Below are positions 37,410 through 46,307 of a DNA stretch of 64,000 nt, one piece after another. Source of the DNA: an uncultured delta proteobacterium (GTDB lineage Bacteria; Desulfobacterota; Desulfobaccia; Desulfobaccales; 0-14-0-80-60-11); contig CAVZAM010000033.1 in NCBI GenBank assembly GCA_963773285.1, forward strand, positions 77,022 through 141,021, read 5' to 3'. The notes below the pieces were generated by a model. That model saw only the letters and a list, made by a program, of their open reading frames with translations. It ran no database searches and was not told the DNA's origin. A program made the translations under genes and the position numbers. How positions within the stretch are numbered: the first letter of the stretch is position 1; each line of letters opens with the position of its first letter.

Positions 37410-37775
37410 CTATACCTCGTCCAGGGTGATGCTCCCGGACCACAGGCCCGGCGACACCTCCCGGAAGTCCAGGTCGTTGGTCCACAGTCCCGTAAAGGTC
37501 TTGGCGCCCCCGTCCTCCCGGTAAAAGTCGATCTCCACCTGGGCCTGCTTGATGGCCGCCAACTGTTCTTTCTGGGCCGTCCCGATATACTTGAAATGCA
37601 GCACCCACTGGGCCTTCATGCTTCGGGTATAACTCCTCAGGGTGCCGTCCAGGGCCCGCTCCCGGTCGCAGTCGTCGGTGCTCAGTTCCTGGTAATCGTA
37701 GGTGAAGTTCACCGGCAGCGTGTAACTCATGGGACCGCTTCCCGGCGGCGTCCATTCCAGCTTGGCGTTGGCCAT
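37410..37775 (-). CDS. small phage tail protein (distal-tail position)
   Basis: 121-aa ORF immediately after the tape-measure-like gene. No recognisable motifs. Confidence 0.5.
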   Translation of the reverse strand: MANAKLEWTPPGSGPMSYTLPVNFTYDYQELSTDDCDRERALDGTLRSYTRSMKAQWVLHFKYIGTAQKEQLAAIKQAQVEIDFYREDGGAKTFTGLWTNDLDFREVSPGLWSGSITLDEV

Positions 37776-37784
37776 ATGCTCTCC

Positions 37785-38567
37785 TTACCAGTTGCGGTTG
37801 GCTTCCCGCTGCAGGGCAGGCAACAGGTGCCGCTGCACCACTTTGCCCCAGTCCATGCCGGCCACACTGGCCGCGTCCAAACTCTGTACCTGGATGGTGA
37901 TGTCGTAGCGGGGGCCGGCGCTTCCCTGGTTCATCTGAAACCGCCCCGAGCGCAGGGCCTCGAAATTATCTTCCCCCAGCTGCACCATGGTGTCCCGGGG
38001 GAGGATGCCTTCCCCGGTCTGGACCTTGATGAGGCGCTCGTCGGCCAGCAGGGTCTCCGGAGACACCGCCAGGCCGCTGTGGGCCTCGAGGATCCCCCCC
38101 TCGTGGAAGATGCCCCCAAACCCCAGGCCGGTGCTTACCCAGGAGGCTATGTCGTTGCCCGAACCGCCCGCGCCCCCTCCCAGGTTCAACTGGGAACCCT
38201 GGCCCGCCAGGTCCAGGGTCTGGGTCAGCTGCTCCCCCAGGGCGCTGACGTCATTGCCGATCCCGGCCAAAGCCTCCTGCCAGCTCTGGGCCAGGGTGTT
38301 GCCGGCATCGATGCCCCTGGAGCTGATCTCGTCAAACATGGCGGCGGCGCCTCCCCCCATCTGCGCCAGGGTTCCCTGCCAGTCCTGCTGAAAGCTGTTC
38401 CAGGACGCGGCCATGCCCTCCATCTCCTGGGACCAGACCGCCTGGCGCTGCTGGCTGTATTCCTGGCTGATGGCGGTCATTTCCTCCTGGTAGGAGCGGT
38501 AATTTGCCAGTTTCTGGTCGTAGCTGGTGCTGCTGGTGGTGCTCTGCTTAGAGGTGCTTGTGGACAT
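37785..38567 (-). CDS. short tape-measure-like protein (260 aa)
   Basis: Gln/Ser/Ala-rich helical N-terminus, a Gly-rich middle, and a C-terminal FHEGGIL....ADERLIKVQTGEGILPRD as seen at tape-measure C-termini. It follows two chaperone-like ORFs. Confidence 0.6.
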   Translation of the reverse strand: MSTSTSKQSTTSSTSYDQKLANYRSYQEEMTAISQEYSQQRQAVWSQEMEGMAASWNSFQQDWQGTLAQMGGGAAAMFDEISSRGIDAGNTLAQSWQEALAGIGNDVSALGEQLTQTLDLAGQGSQLNLGGGAGGSGNDIASWVSTGLGFGGIFHEGGILEAHSGLAVSPETLLADERLIKVQTGEGILPRDTMVQLGEDNFEALRSGRFQMNQGSAGPRYDITIQVQSLDAASVAGMDWGKVVQRHLLPALQREANRNW

Positions 38568-38904
38568 TGCTTCCTCCCTGTGGCTGGGCCAGGGCCTCTT
38601 CCACCAGCCCGAGCAGCAGCCAGGTCTCCAGGCTCAGGTCATTGGCCCGGAAAGGGTAGCCGGCTTTTTTGAGCCGGTGCAGGAACATCAGGTGCCAGGT
38701 CCAGGGTGAGACGGCCTCCGGTCTCAGGTATTCGGCGCAGGTGCCGCAGGCCCAATCCGAGAAGGCGCCGTCTTCAGCCTGGCAGATGCGCCGCTGCTCC
38801 GGCCGGCAAAGACGCCCCCGGGCCAGGGTGTAGAGCTCCTGTAAAACCGTCTGGGTTCCCGGCCATTCCTGGTTACTATGGGGTTCAGCCCGGTTCAGGA
38901 ACAC
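38548..38904 (-). CDS. tail assembly chaperone-like ORF (T-like, -1 frame relative to upstream ORF)
   Basis: 118-aa ORF with a GTG start, overlapping the 3' end of 38895..39278 by 10 nt in the -1 frame. Confidence 0.4.
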   Translation of the reverse strand: MFLNRAEPHSNQEWPGTQTVLQELYTLARGRLCRPEQRRICQAEDGAFSDWACGTCAEYLRPEAVSPWTWHLMFLHRLKKAGYPFRANDLSLETWLLLGLVEEALAQPQGGSNVHKHL

Positions 38905-39278
38905 TCCGCCCCTCCCCGCCCCAGGGCCCGCAGGCCCTCAAACACCTGTTGCCCGAGGTAGGACACCAGGTCCGGGGCGTGTTGGCGAAGATGCTCTTTC
39001 CAGTCTGGATGATGCTCCGGGTCCAGGTCCTGCACTTCTCCCTCCCCCTGGATCAGAAAATCCCCGGCCCCAAACCCCACCAGGATCTCCAGGCCGAACC
39101 TGAGCCGGGTGTCGCTCAGGCGCAGGCGCCGCTCCCCGCTGTCCAGGTGAAACACCGACAGCTGGTAGGCCACCCGCTCCTCGGAGGTCGGCCGGCGGAA
39201 ATAAAAGGTGATTACCGAATCGCTCACCGGGTCCTGGATGGCCATCTTGTGGCGCTCTTCTCCTAATAATCTCGGCAT
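38895..39278 (-). CDS. tail assembly chaperone-like ORF (G-like)
   Basis: 127-aa acidic ORF between the putative major tail gene and the tape measure. An internal ATG (MAIQDPV) is an alternative start. Confidence 0.45.
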   Translation of the reverse strand: MPRLLGEERHKMAIQDPVSDSVITFYFRRPTSEERVAYQLSVFHLDSGERRLRLSDTRLRFGLEILVGFGAGDFLIQGEGEVQDLDPEHHPDWKEHLRQHAPDLVSYLGQQVFEGLRALGRGGAECS

Positions 39279-39291
39279 CTTCCAGTCCTTT

Positions 39292-39321
39292 ATCCCCCCT
39301 TTCTAAAGGGGGCTGGGGGAT
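39292..39321. repeat. palindromic element
   Basis: ATCCCCCCTTTCTAAAGGGGGCTGGGGGAT, in an intergenic gap of the phage cluster. Confidence 0.7.
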
Positions 39322-39366
39322 TTGCTGTAAAGCCTGATGATGGGCCGCTGCATTAACGAAGGACGA

Positions 39367-40659
39367 TTAGGCCGCGTAGCCGCTCACCAGGTTTTGCACC
39401 CGCACGATCACCGAGCCGTAGGTGTCATCCTCCAGCACCGCGAACTCCACGCCCTCGGCGAGCCGTCGCTGCGACACCGACACCGGCGCCGCCGACACCG
39501 CAATGCGGGGGAAGATTATCTCCACCTGGTAGGGAATCCCGGTTTCGAACTCCGGCCCCACCGCTTTCAGGTAGATCCCGAAGTAATCGGTGTCCTTGAG
39601 ACTCTGGGTCATGAGGAAATCCCGGAAGTCCCGGTCCATAGACAGTTTTTGCTCCCGGCCGGTGCGATAGGCCCGGTTGGCGAAATCGCCCCCGCCCGGG
39701 CTGCGCTCCGGCGACAGGTTGTTCTGCAGATTCCACACCAGGCGCCTGATCTCCGCGGCCGGGGTGTAGCCGCCGGTGAAGCCGCTGCCGTTCCAAGCCC
39801 CGCCGATATTCACCGTGAGCTGGCTCACCTTGAGGGGCGGCTCCTCCACCCGGGCCGGGAAGGCCATCCAGCCGCTTTCCCGGGGCACGTAATAAACCTT
39901 GTAGGTCGTGTTGGCCCCGCTGCTCCCCGGCGGCATAATGGTCACCACCCCCGGCGTCCCCCCGGACACCGCCGTGTAACCGACTTCGTCCCAGGCCCCG
40001 GTGGTGGGGTTCAGCACCTTCACCGCCTGCACGTTGGCCAGGTAATCGGCGGCGCTGGCGCCCTCCACACCGTTCGCTGCCAGGGACAGGGCGCTGGCGT
40101 TATAAGGGGCGTTTACTGCCTCCACCAGGGTGTTGTCCGTCACCTTGCCCGTCCCTTTCACCACCCCGTTGACCTTGGCCCAGCCGTCCTTGGCGAACTC
40201 CACCCGCACCTGGTCCACGAAACAGGACGCAAAGCGCCGCTTCATCACCTGGCGCCCGTAGCGCATGGCCGCCGTAAAGGAAGGGTTGGACCGGGCCGCG
40301 TCCACTTCCCCGGACCGGGGCTGCATGACGTGGCGATGGCCGCTGATCCCCAGGGGCGAGCTGGTGACGCTTCCCAGGGCATAGGCCAGCAGGAAAGCGA
40401 AGTGCTGCGGCTGGGCCCGGGAGAAGGCCAGGGTTCCCGCCACCGTCCCCCCCAGGTCGTAAAGCCGGTCCGCTTCTTCCTTGCCGGTAATCTCGTCCCG
40501 GTTGGCCGATTTGAGCGGCCGGTAATTGAGGACCGTGTTCAAATCCACCAGGAAGCTGGTGTCCAGCGCCTGCTCCTGATTGATGGCGCTCTCCTGGTGG
40601 TTGGCTGACACGGCCAGCATGTTGTGGGTGGCCAAAAAATTGCGTATCGACCTGGTCAT
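39367..40659 (-). CDS. putative major tail protein (430 aa)
   Basis: The ATG at 40659 is preceded by GGGAGGA. Its position after the gp36/gp37-like connectors and before the chaperone-like ORFs suggests a tail tube subunit with an inserted domain. There is no direct motif evidence. Confidence 0.45.
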   Translation of the reverse strand: MTRSIRNFLATHNMLAVSANHQESAINQEQALDTSFLVDLNTVLNYRPLKSANRDEITGKEEADRLYDLGGTVAGTLAFSRAQPQHFAFLLAYALGSVTSSPLGISGHRHVMQPRSGEVDAARSNPSFTAAMRYGRQVMKRRFASCFVDQVRVEFAKDGWAKVNGVVKGTGKVTDNTLVEAVNAPYNASALSLAANGVEGASAADYLANVQAVKVLNPTTGAWDEVGYTAVSGGTPGVVTIMPPGSSGANTTYKVYYVPRESGWMAFPARVEEPPLKVSQLTVNIGGAWNGSGFTGGYTPAAEIRRLVWNLQNNLSPERSPGGGDFANRAYRTGREQKLSMDRDFRDFLMTQSLKDTDYFGIYLKAVGPEFETGIPYQVEIIFPRIAVSAAPVSVSQRRLAEGVEFAVLEDDTYGSVIVRVQNLVSGYAA

Positions 40660-40690
40660 CAGTATTCCTCCCAAAGCTGCATCGCCACTC

Positions 40691-41131
40691 TTACCGGTCC
40701 TGGATCGCCGTGGTGCGGTAATGGGCTCTATATACCGTGTATTCGCGGTCGGCCAGGAGCGGCTCTTCCCGGACCAGGGCAAAAGGCAGCACGCCCAGCC
40801 CCAGGTCCTTTTGCCACAGGGCGTCCTGCACCCCCAGCAGGAGGTCGTAAGCCCCGCCGGTGTCGCGCCGGCCGGCCTCCTCACCCCTGAGGCTGCGCAC
40901 CACCACCAGCACCTGAAAATCCAGGGTCAGGTCGAAGGAAGATACCCCCACCTGCTGACAGTTGCTGCCGGAGAGCATCACCAGCACTGCCGGCATCCGC
41001 CAGGTGGCCTGGGGGAGGTCCGTCTTCCAATTCCCCTGGTAGCTCTGTATGGTTCCGGCCTGCTCCCCCAGCCGGGCCTGCAGGGCCGCCACCACCGCGT
41101 CCTCCACCGTGGTCCAGGACAGATCGCTCAT
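40691..41131 (-). CDS. Mu gp37-like (DUF1834-type) head-tail connector protein
   Basis: 146-aa ORF: MSDLSWTTVEDAVVAALQARLG...MPAVLVMLSG...FDLTLDFQVLVVVRSLRGE. The pattern and position match Mu-like gp37 homologues (recalled similarity). Confidence 0.55.
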   Translation of the reverse strand: MSDLSWTTVEDAVVAALQARLGEQAGTIQSYQGNWKTDLPQATWRMPAVLVMLSGSNCQQVGVSSFDLTLDFQVLVVVRSLRGEEAGRRDTGGAYDLLLGVQDALWQKDLGLGVLPFALVREEPLLADREYTVYRAHYRTTAIQDR

Positions 41132-41566
41132 AGCCTTACCAGTTTCCCTGGGTATCCCGGGTAAAGATCCGGGTGGCGCTGCTGAACTCCACTCCCGCCT
41201 GGATCTGGGCCGCCGGCCTGGCCGGCATCGCCGCTCTGCTCCACCACCGCCCCCTCCGCGGCCACCAGCTTAAGGAAACTCACCGCCGCCTCGTACTTCT
41301 GCTGACGTACCGCCGGGACCACGCTGCGCCGGGAATAAAGATGGTAGAGGGCCATGTCCATGGCTAGCCCCATGACCTGATCCGGCACCGGGTTGAGAGG
41401 CAGCGTGTGCCGCATCCCCAGGTAAGAGTCGATTTCCGCTGTCCGCCCGCTGGATGGCCTCTGCCACCACCTGGCTGTCCGGAGTGTCCCCGGAGTCCGC
41501 CGTCAGTTCGGCCAACTCCTTTACGGGAATCATGGTGAGAAGATCGTTTTGGGTGCAGTAAGCCAT
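41128..41566 (-). CDS. Mu gp36-like (DUF1320-type) head-tail protein (frame disrupted at about 41425-41432 and again near 41200-41250)
   Basis: MAYCTQNDLLTMIPVKELAELTAD...AIQRAD continues in another frame as AEIDSYLGMRHTLPLNPVP...ALYHLYSRR. A third frame gives the C-terminus VEFSSATRIFTRDTQGNW. Confidence 0.6.
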
Positions 41567-41686
41567 ATCGTGTGTCCTTTGCTGCAGGGAACTGTCCGGT
41601 TATGTCAGTCCGCTGCTGAAGTCCTGGTGAACTCCGCCTGCGTCATCTGCTTCTGCAGGGTGCTGCGTTCGGCCATTTTTGTCTGG

Positions 41687-42487
41687 TTATTCAGCCCCCG
41701 TCACCAGATCAACGGTCCAGAAGCTGTTGGCCAGGCCGCCGGTGGTCAGGTAGTCGAAGGGCAGGTAGAAGTGCCCCCGCTCCGGGTAGGTGGGCGGCTG
41801 GCAGCCCCAGTCCGTGCCCCAGCTGTTCTGGCAGATGAATACCTTTTGGTGTACGTCGTGGCCGTGCACCAGGATGCCGTGGCCCCCCAGGAACTTCTCC
41901 CGGAGCCCCGGCAGGGGGATAACCCCGGTCTGGGCGCAGGCGTCGGACTTGAAACTCTCGAACACCGAGATGCCGCAGACGATGTTGCGGCCGCTGGACA
42001 GGCAAATGAGGATGTCGGCCAGATCCTGGTCCACCGCGTGGTATTGGGCGATTTTGTGACCCTGGGCGTCCTGGTACGCGGCCTCGCTGGGCTTGGTCTT
42101 GAAGTTGTCCAGGGAGTATGGCCACAGGGCCTCGGCGCAGACCCCGTCCCGGGCCATAAGCTTCATGGCCGTCCTGATGTTGGCCCCGGAGTCCACGGTG
42201 ATGTCCCCCTCCACCTCGCGGTAGTGGTAATAGGCGAACTGGGGCGCCAGCCGGGGGCGCTGCTTGGGCGGGTTGTTCATGATCTCGGCTGCTTCCATGG
42301 CCTCGGTGGCGGCGTGGAAAACGCAGCTCCCTTCCTGGAGCTGGTTTTTCACCCGTGGCGTGATGTTGTACACCACCGGTTTGATGTCCGTACCCGGGGC
42401 GTATACCGCCGGGGCGAACTTGTATTCCTCGTCCCGGGGGTCGTAGGGGTCGGCGGACCAGCCGAAGATCTGTTCAGGGATGGGCAT
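41687..42487 (-). CDS. papain-like cysteine peptidase (family C1)
   Basis: NQLQEGSCVFHAATEA (Gln oxyanion + catalytic Cys), GGHGILVHGHD (catalytic His) and CQNSWGTDWG (Asn-Ser-Trp). The ATG at 42487 lies 2 nt after the upstream stop. Confidence 0.85.
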   Translation of the reverse strand: MPIPEQIFGWSADPYDPRDEEYKFAPAVYAPGTDIKPVVYNITPRVKNQLQEGSCVFHAATEAMEAAEIMNNPPKQRPRLAPQFAYYHYREVEGDITVDSGANIRTAMKLMARDGVCAEALWPYSLDNFKTKPSEAAYQDAQGHKIAQYHAVDQDLADILICLSSGRNIVCGISVFESFKSDACAQTGVIPLPGLREKFLGGHGILVHGHDVHQKVFICQNSWGTDWGCQPPTYPERGHFYLPFDYLTTGGLANSFWTVDLVTGAE

Positions 42488-42489
42488 GT

Positions 42490-42870
42490 CTATTCCTCCT
42501 GGCCGGCCGCCCACTTGCGCAGGTCGCTCAGGTCCGGCGCGGCAATGGCGGTGGCCTTGGCGCGCGCCTGGGAGGGCGTGCTCCCCGCTGCGTCCACTGC
42601 ATTGATGGCGTTCTGGAGTTCAGTCACGGCCACGCAGATGCTCTGCTGTATATTATGGAAGGTGCTCTCCGCCGCGGCCAGCTTGGCCAGAAGCGTGGTG
42701 TCCTGCACCAGGGCCAGGGCCGCCGCCGCAAAGGCCTCGCCCTGCTTGGCCTCGGCCTTCTGGCTGTCCGTGGGGTTGCACAATAGGGCCCCCGCCTTCT
42801 GTAACATGCTGCAGCTGCTGCCCACCAAAGTCAGGCAAATGATTATGAGAACAAGAATCGACTTCTTCAT
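42490..42870 (-). CDS. secreted/lipoprotein-like Ala-rich helical protein (o-spanin-like position)
   Basis: Signal peptide MKKSILVLIIICLTLVGSSC with a non-canonical lipobox-like Cys. The mature part is an Ala-rich coiled-coil-like sequence. Confidence 0.55.
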   Translation of the reverse strand: MKKSILVLIIICLTLVGSSCSMLQKAGALLCNPTDSQKAEAKQGEAFAAAALALVQDTTLLAKLAAAESTFHNIQQSICVAVTELQNAINAVDAAGSTPSQARAKATAIAAPDLSDLRKWAAGQEE

Positions 42871-42900
42871 GGGGTTCTCCCGTTTTTGGGTTATTTCAGC

Positions 42901-43164
42901 TTATCTCACGACCCGGCCTTCGGAGCTGTGGGCGTGGGCGTTTACCGCCCCCCAGAGGCCTTCCTTCTCTTTCTGGAACTCGACCCGCCCCAGGAATCGC
43001 TCCGACAGGCCCGCCTGACATTGGAAAGTCGCTTCGTGAAGCTGATCGAGCTTCTTTTCCATGCGCACCAGCATCCGCCAGAGCAGAAAACCGCTCAGGC
43101 TGGCGAAAATTCCCAGAAGGGCCACCACCGCCCCGATGTGTTCTGCCAGGTCCTTGTAATGCAT
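42901..43164 (-). CDS. single-TM coiled-coil protein (i-spanin/antiholin-like position; paralog of 30141..30410)
   Basis: The ATG at 43164 gives MHYKDLAEHIGAVVALLGIFASLSGFLLWRMLVRMEKKLDQL...GLWGAVNAHAH. Confidence 0.55.
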   Translation of the reverse strand: MHYKDLAEHIGAVVALLGIFASLSGFLLWRMLVRMEKKLDQLHEATFQCQAGLSERFLGRVEFQKEKEGLWGAVNAHAHSSEGRVVR

Positions 43165-43165
43165 G

Positions 43166-43333
43166 TCATTCGCTGGTCTTGGATACTCCAGACCGGAGTG
43201 CCGCCAGACCCAGGGAGCCGCCCAGGCTGAGGAGCAGCTCGAACTGATTCTGGTCCATCCAGCCCATGGCCCGGGCAAAAGCTCCCAGGCCGATGACCGC
43301 GGCCACGATGTAGGTTTTCTTGCCGTTCAGCAT
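43166..43333 (-). CDS. holin-like small membrane protein (55 aa, below ORF-track cutoff)
   Basis: My own translation is MLNGKKTYIVAAVIGLGAFARAMGWMDQNQFELLLSLGGSLGLAALRSGVSKTSE. It has two hydrophobic segments and a charged C-terminus. The stop lies 1 nt before the next ATG. Confidence 0.5.
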   Translation of the reverse strand: MLNGKKTYIVAAVIGLGAFARAMGWMDQNQFELLLSLGGSLGLAALRSGVSKTSE

Positions 43334-43360
43334 CTTTTCCTCCCTGTCCTCGCTCTGCGC

Positions 43361-43702
43361 CTAAAAGAAATAAGTCGCTGTCAGGGTGCCGTCCGCATCT
43401 CCGGCCTTGATGGCCCGAAACTGATTGATGGCCTGGGCCCCGATCAGGAGAAAGGTGTCCCCGCTGACCATGTAGTGCCCGCTGGTACTGGTGGGCGGGC
43501 TCACCCCGTCAAGGCGGAAGCGGATGTCCCCGCCCTCCAGGGAAAGCAGGGCCGCCTGGGCTGTCATGCCGTTGTAAGTGCCGCTCGTCGGTTTGATTTT
43601 GCCCCGGGTGAAGTACGTGGAACTGTCGCTCACCGCGATAGCCTCGAAGTTTCCCGGGACACTGTTGTTGGTTTGTATGACGAGACCGCCGAACCAACCC
43701 AT
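43361..43702 (-). CDS. small phage structural/hypothetical protein
   Basis: 113-aa beta-rich ORF downstream of the capsid gene. No recognisable motifs. Confidence 0.45.
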   Translation of the reverse strand: MGWFGGLVIQTNNSVPGNFEAIAVSDSSTYFTRGKIKPTSGTYNGMTAQAALLSLEGGDIRFRLDGVSPPTSTSGHYMVSGDTFLLIGAQAINQFRAIKAGDADGTLTATYFF

Positions 43703-43759
43703 GGTTGACTCCTTGTGTGGTAAGGGGCGCTCTGGTGACGCCCCCCCTCTGCTTCGAAA

Positions 43760-44656
43760 TTAAACCAGTTCGGGCACCACCAGGAGGTCTGCCGAACCCA
43801 GCCAGATATTGGACTTGGAGCCCCCCACGCTGTCGGATCCGATGACAAATTGCGCGTTGAGGATCTCCCTGGCCTTGCCTTCCAGGGCCGGCGGCACAAT
43901 CAGCAGGCTCGGCTTGATCCCCAGGGAGTCGCCGCCCGTGTTGGTCAGGGACATCATGGCGGCCCGGGCCGAAGAGTAAGTGGTGGAGTTCAGCTCCTGG
44001 GTGGAGCAATACGCCATCTGCCAGAGGCCGTAAGCCGCCGCTCCCCGGTAGTCCACGCCGTAGCGGAACTTCTTGTGGAGGAACACGTGTTCGTTATCGG
44101 GCCGGTCCATGCGCACCAGCTGAGGTCCGCGCCGCAACTGGAAGATAAACGGCTTGATGGCCCGGGTCTTGTCGATGATGTACCAGGGGGTGTTGCCGCC
44201 GTTGTCGAAATTGGACGCCGTCTTGCTGCCTACCGGGTGGTTCGTGGCGAAGAAATTCTGCCCGTCGTAACACAGCGACGCGGTGCCGTTCTTCAACAGG
44301 TTGGCGATCAGTCTCTCCGGATGCCGTTTGGCTTCCTCGGCCATGGCCGCAATGATGGGGTTGTAAAGCCCCAGCTGCTCGTCTTCCAGGTCGTTGCGCT
44401 CGATCTCGATGGTGGCTTCCCAGTCCTTGGTCGCCACCTGGAAGGTCTTGGGTTCCAGAGAGTTGATCTGCCGGTCCCCGATCCATTCCTGTACCGTGGG
44501 GAAGTCCAGAAGAAACTTGTAGTCCATGATCCGGGTGGTGGCCGGCACCGTCATGGCTACCTGTTCGTGCCAGGTGTCCGTTTTGTGAAAAGCGTTGTTG
44601 AAGACCGCGCTGAAGGCCGTGTAGACGTTGGCCAGGGCATTCGCATTGATGATCAT
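43760..44656 (-). CDS. major capsid protein, Mu gpT-like
   Basis: The ATG at 44656 is preceded by AAGGAGG. MIINANALANVYTAFSAVFNNAF...YKFLLDFPTVQEWIGDRQI...IERNDLEDEQLGLYNP...YDGQNFFATNHP fits the gpT major head subunit family. Confidence 0.85.
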   Translation of the reverse strand: MIINANALANVYTAFSAVFNNAFHKTDTWHEQVAMTVPATTRIMDYKFLLDFPTVQEWIGDRQINSLEPKTFQVATKDWEATIEIERNDLEDEQLGLYNPIIAAMAEEAKRHPERLIANLLKNGTASLCYDGQNFFATNHPVGSKTASNFDNGGNTPWYIIDKTRAIKPFIFQLRRGPQLVRMDRPDNEHVFLHKKFRYGVDYRGAAAYGLWQMAYCSTQELNSTTYSSARAAMMSLTNTGGDSLGIKPSLLIVPPALEGKAREILNAQFVIGSDSVGGSKSNIWLGSADLLVVPELV

Positions 44657-44673
44657 TCGTGCGTACCTCCTTG

Positions 44674-45081
44674 TTATGCAGTGATGTCGACCCAACCCTG
44701 GGTGTCAGACACATACTTCACCAGCACCCCGATGCGGATGTCGTTGGTGGGGCCGCTGGCGTCGTCCATGGTGTGGTCGTCCACGATATACATGGCTGTG
44801 CCCACCATGGCCTGGGTGATGCTGGCCGCGTCAAACTGGAAAGCCCCGCTTCTTCTCAGACGGACTGTCAAAGCCCCGTTGGCGGCGCCGGTATTGTCCG
44901 CCTGCTCCAGTGCCACCCCTGCGAATTTCAGCCCCGCGGTATCCGCCGCGGGCACCGCATAGCCCGTGCTGTTGGCACACACCAGGCTGCCGGCATAGAT
45001 TTTGGTGTTGGCTGCCACCGGAAAATCCAGCTCGATGCCGTCCCGGTATGGCGTGGCCCGATCCTTGGTCAAAGCTGCCAT
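44674..45081 (-). CDS. capsid decoration/cement protein (DUF2190-like)
   Basis: 135-aa ORF between the protease/scaffold and capsid genes. It has a beta-rich pattern with AGSLV...GYAVPA...GVALE. Confidence 0.55.
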   Translation of the reverse strand: MAALTKDRATPYRDGIELDFPVAANTKIYAGSLVCANSTGYAVPAADTAGLKFAGVALEQADNTGAANGALTVRLRRSGAFQFDAASITQAMVGTAMYIVDDHTMDDASGPTNDIRIGVLVKYVSDTQGWVDITA

Positions 45082-45098
45082 CTTGTCTCACCTCCGCC

Positions 45099-46223
45099 TT
45101 ATTTAGCCTGGGCCATTGCGGCCTTGGCCTGTGAATATGCTTCCGGGGTTAGATTCATGGTCCGGCACACAGCCAGCTCCTCCGGGCTCAAACCCTGATT
45201 CTCCCGGTATTTCTCCTCCCCCAGGTTCAGCCGTTCGCCCACGGGGACTACCCGAGGGGCCTTTGCCACGTAACTCTTGAAGCTCTCCGGGTCCTGGCGG
45301 CAATAGGACAGGGCCCAGTCTTTTTGGGCCGGACTGATCTTGCCGGCCAGCATGGCCTCTTCCACCACCCGGGCCGTGCCTTCTTCTGCGACCTGAGCCT
45401 TGAGCACCGCCAATTCCTCTTCCAGGGCCTGGATACCTTGCCCTGAAGCCTGCAGGGCTGCTAAGCCGCCTTTCAGTTCTGCGGCGGTGCATTCCTCCGG
45501 CAAGCCCATTTCCTGGGCCAGGTCCCGAAAAAGCTCCACCGACCGCTTCCACAACTCCCCATTAGGGGCCTCAGGCACCAGGCCCAACCGCACCTTGAGC
45601 TCTGAGGCCAGCTCGACTGCCTCGGTACAGGCCTCCAGGACGGAGCTTTCCCGGGCCGGAGATCCTTCCGGGACCAGGGCGGCCTGCTCCCCCGGGAGAT
45701 TCTCCGCGGTCAGCGCCTCCCCGCCCCATTTGGCCACCAGGGGGCTCAAACCCTGAATGGCCGGGACGTTGGTCAGGGCCACGTTCATGAGCTCCTGGGG
45801 CCGCCGGCTCTCCGGGTCGATGCGCAGCACCGGGGAAAAATAGCGGTACTCCCGCTGCTTCAGGTACTTCCCCGCCTTGTCGGTCCATTCCACCTGGGCC
45901 CAGAGGCCGTCCTCCCGGGCCTCCAGGTCCTTGATCCAGCCCGCCGCCGGGGCTTGCCCGCCCTTTAACGACTGGTGCTCGTAGTCGATGACCAGGTCCG
46001 TCCCCCGGGCCCCAAAGGCCCTCACCAGAGCCGTCAGGGCCTCCGGGTCCACCTCGAAGGGGGGGCGGCCATCCACCAGGTTCACCTGTCCCAGGGGCAA
46101 AAGCCTCAACCACCCGGGCAGCTCCGCCATCGCCAATGTCAACCGCACTTCTTTTTCCATGCTGTTTTTTCCTGTCATTCCCGTCTTCCCGCCTCCCGAA
46201 GTGAGAATTTTTCCCTCTGCCAA
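45099..46223 (-). CDS. Mu gpI-like head maturation protease/scaffold
   Basis: LPLGQVNLVDGRPPFEVD, VIDYEHQS, AAGWIKDLEAREDGLWAQVEWT and YRYFSPV, with a helical scaffold-like C-terminus. The true start may be the internal ATG near 46160. Confidence 0.8.
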   Translation of the reverse strand: MAEGKILTSGGGKTGMTGKNSMEKEVRLTLAMAELPGWLRLLPLGQVNLVDGRPPFEVDPEALTALVRAFGARGTDLVIDYEHQSLKGGQAPAAGWIKDLEAREDGLWAQVEWTDKAGKYLKQREYRYFSPVLRIDPESRRPQELMNVALTNVPAIQGLSPLVAKWGGEALTAENLPGEQAALVPEGSPARESSVLEACTEAVELASELKVRLGLVPEAPNGELWKRSVELFRDLAQEMGLPEECTAAELKGGLAALQASGQGIQALEEELAVLKAQVAEEGTARVVEEAMLAGKISPAQKDWALSYCRQDPESFKSYVAKAPRVVPVGERLNLGEEKYRENQGLSPEELAVCRTMNLTPEAYSQAKAAMAQAK

Positions 46224-46235
46224 AAGTTCATTCCT

Positions 46236-46290
46236 TGTTATTCCCTCTCCCTCCAGCGGCAGGAGAGGGTAGGGGTGAGGGGGGATTAAA
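46236..46290. repeat. G/C-rich palindromic element (inverted orientation)
   Basis: CCCTCTCCCTCCAGCGGCAGGAGAGGGTAGGGGTGAGGGGGG. Its reverse complement matches the 8766-8800 type (CCCCCTCACCC..ACCCTCTCC-loop-GGAGAGGG). Confidence 0.75.
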
Positions 46291-46307
46291 AAAGCGCCAG
46301 CCCTCGT

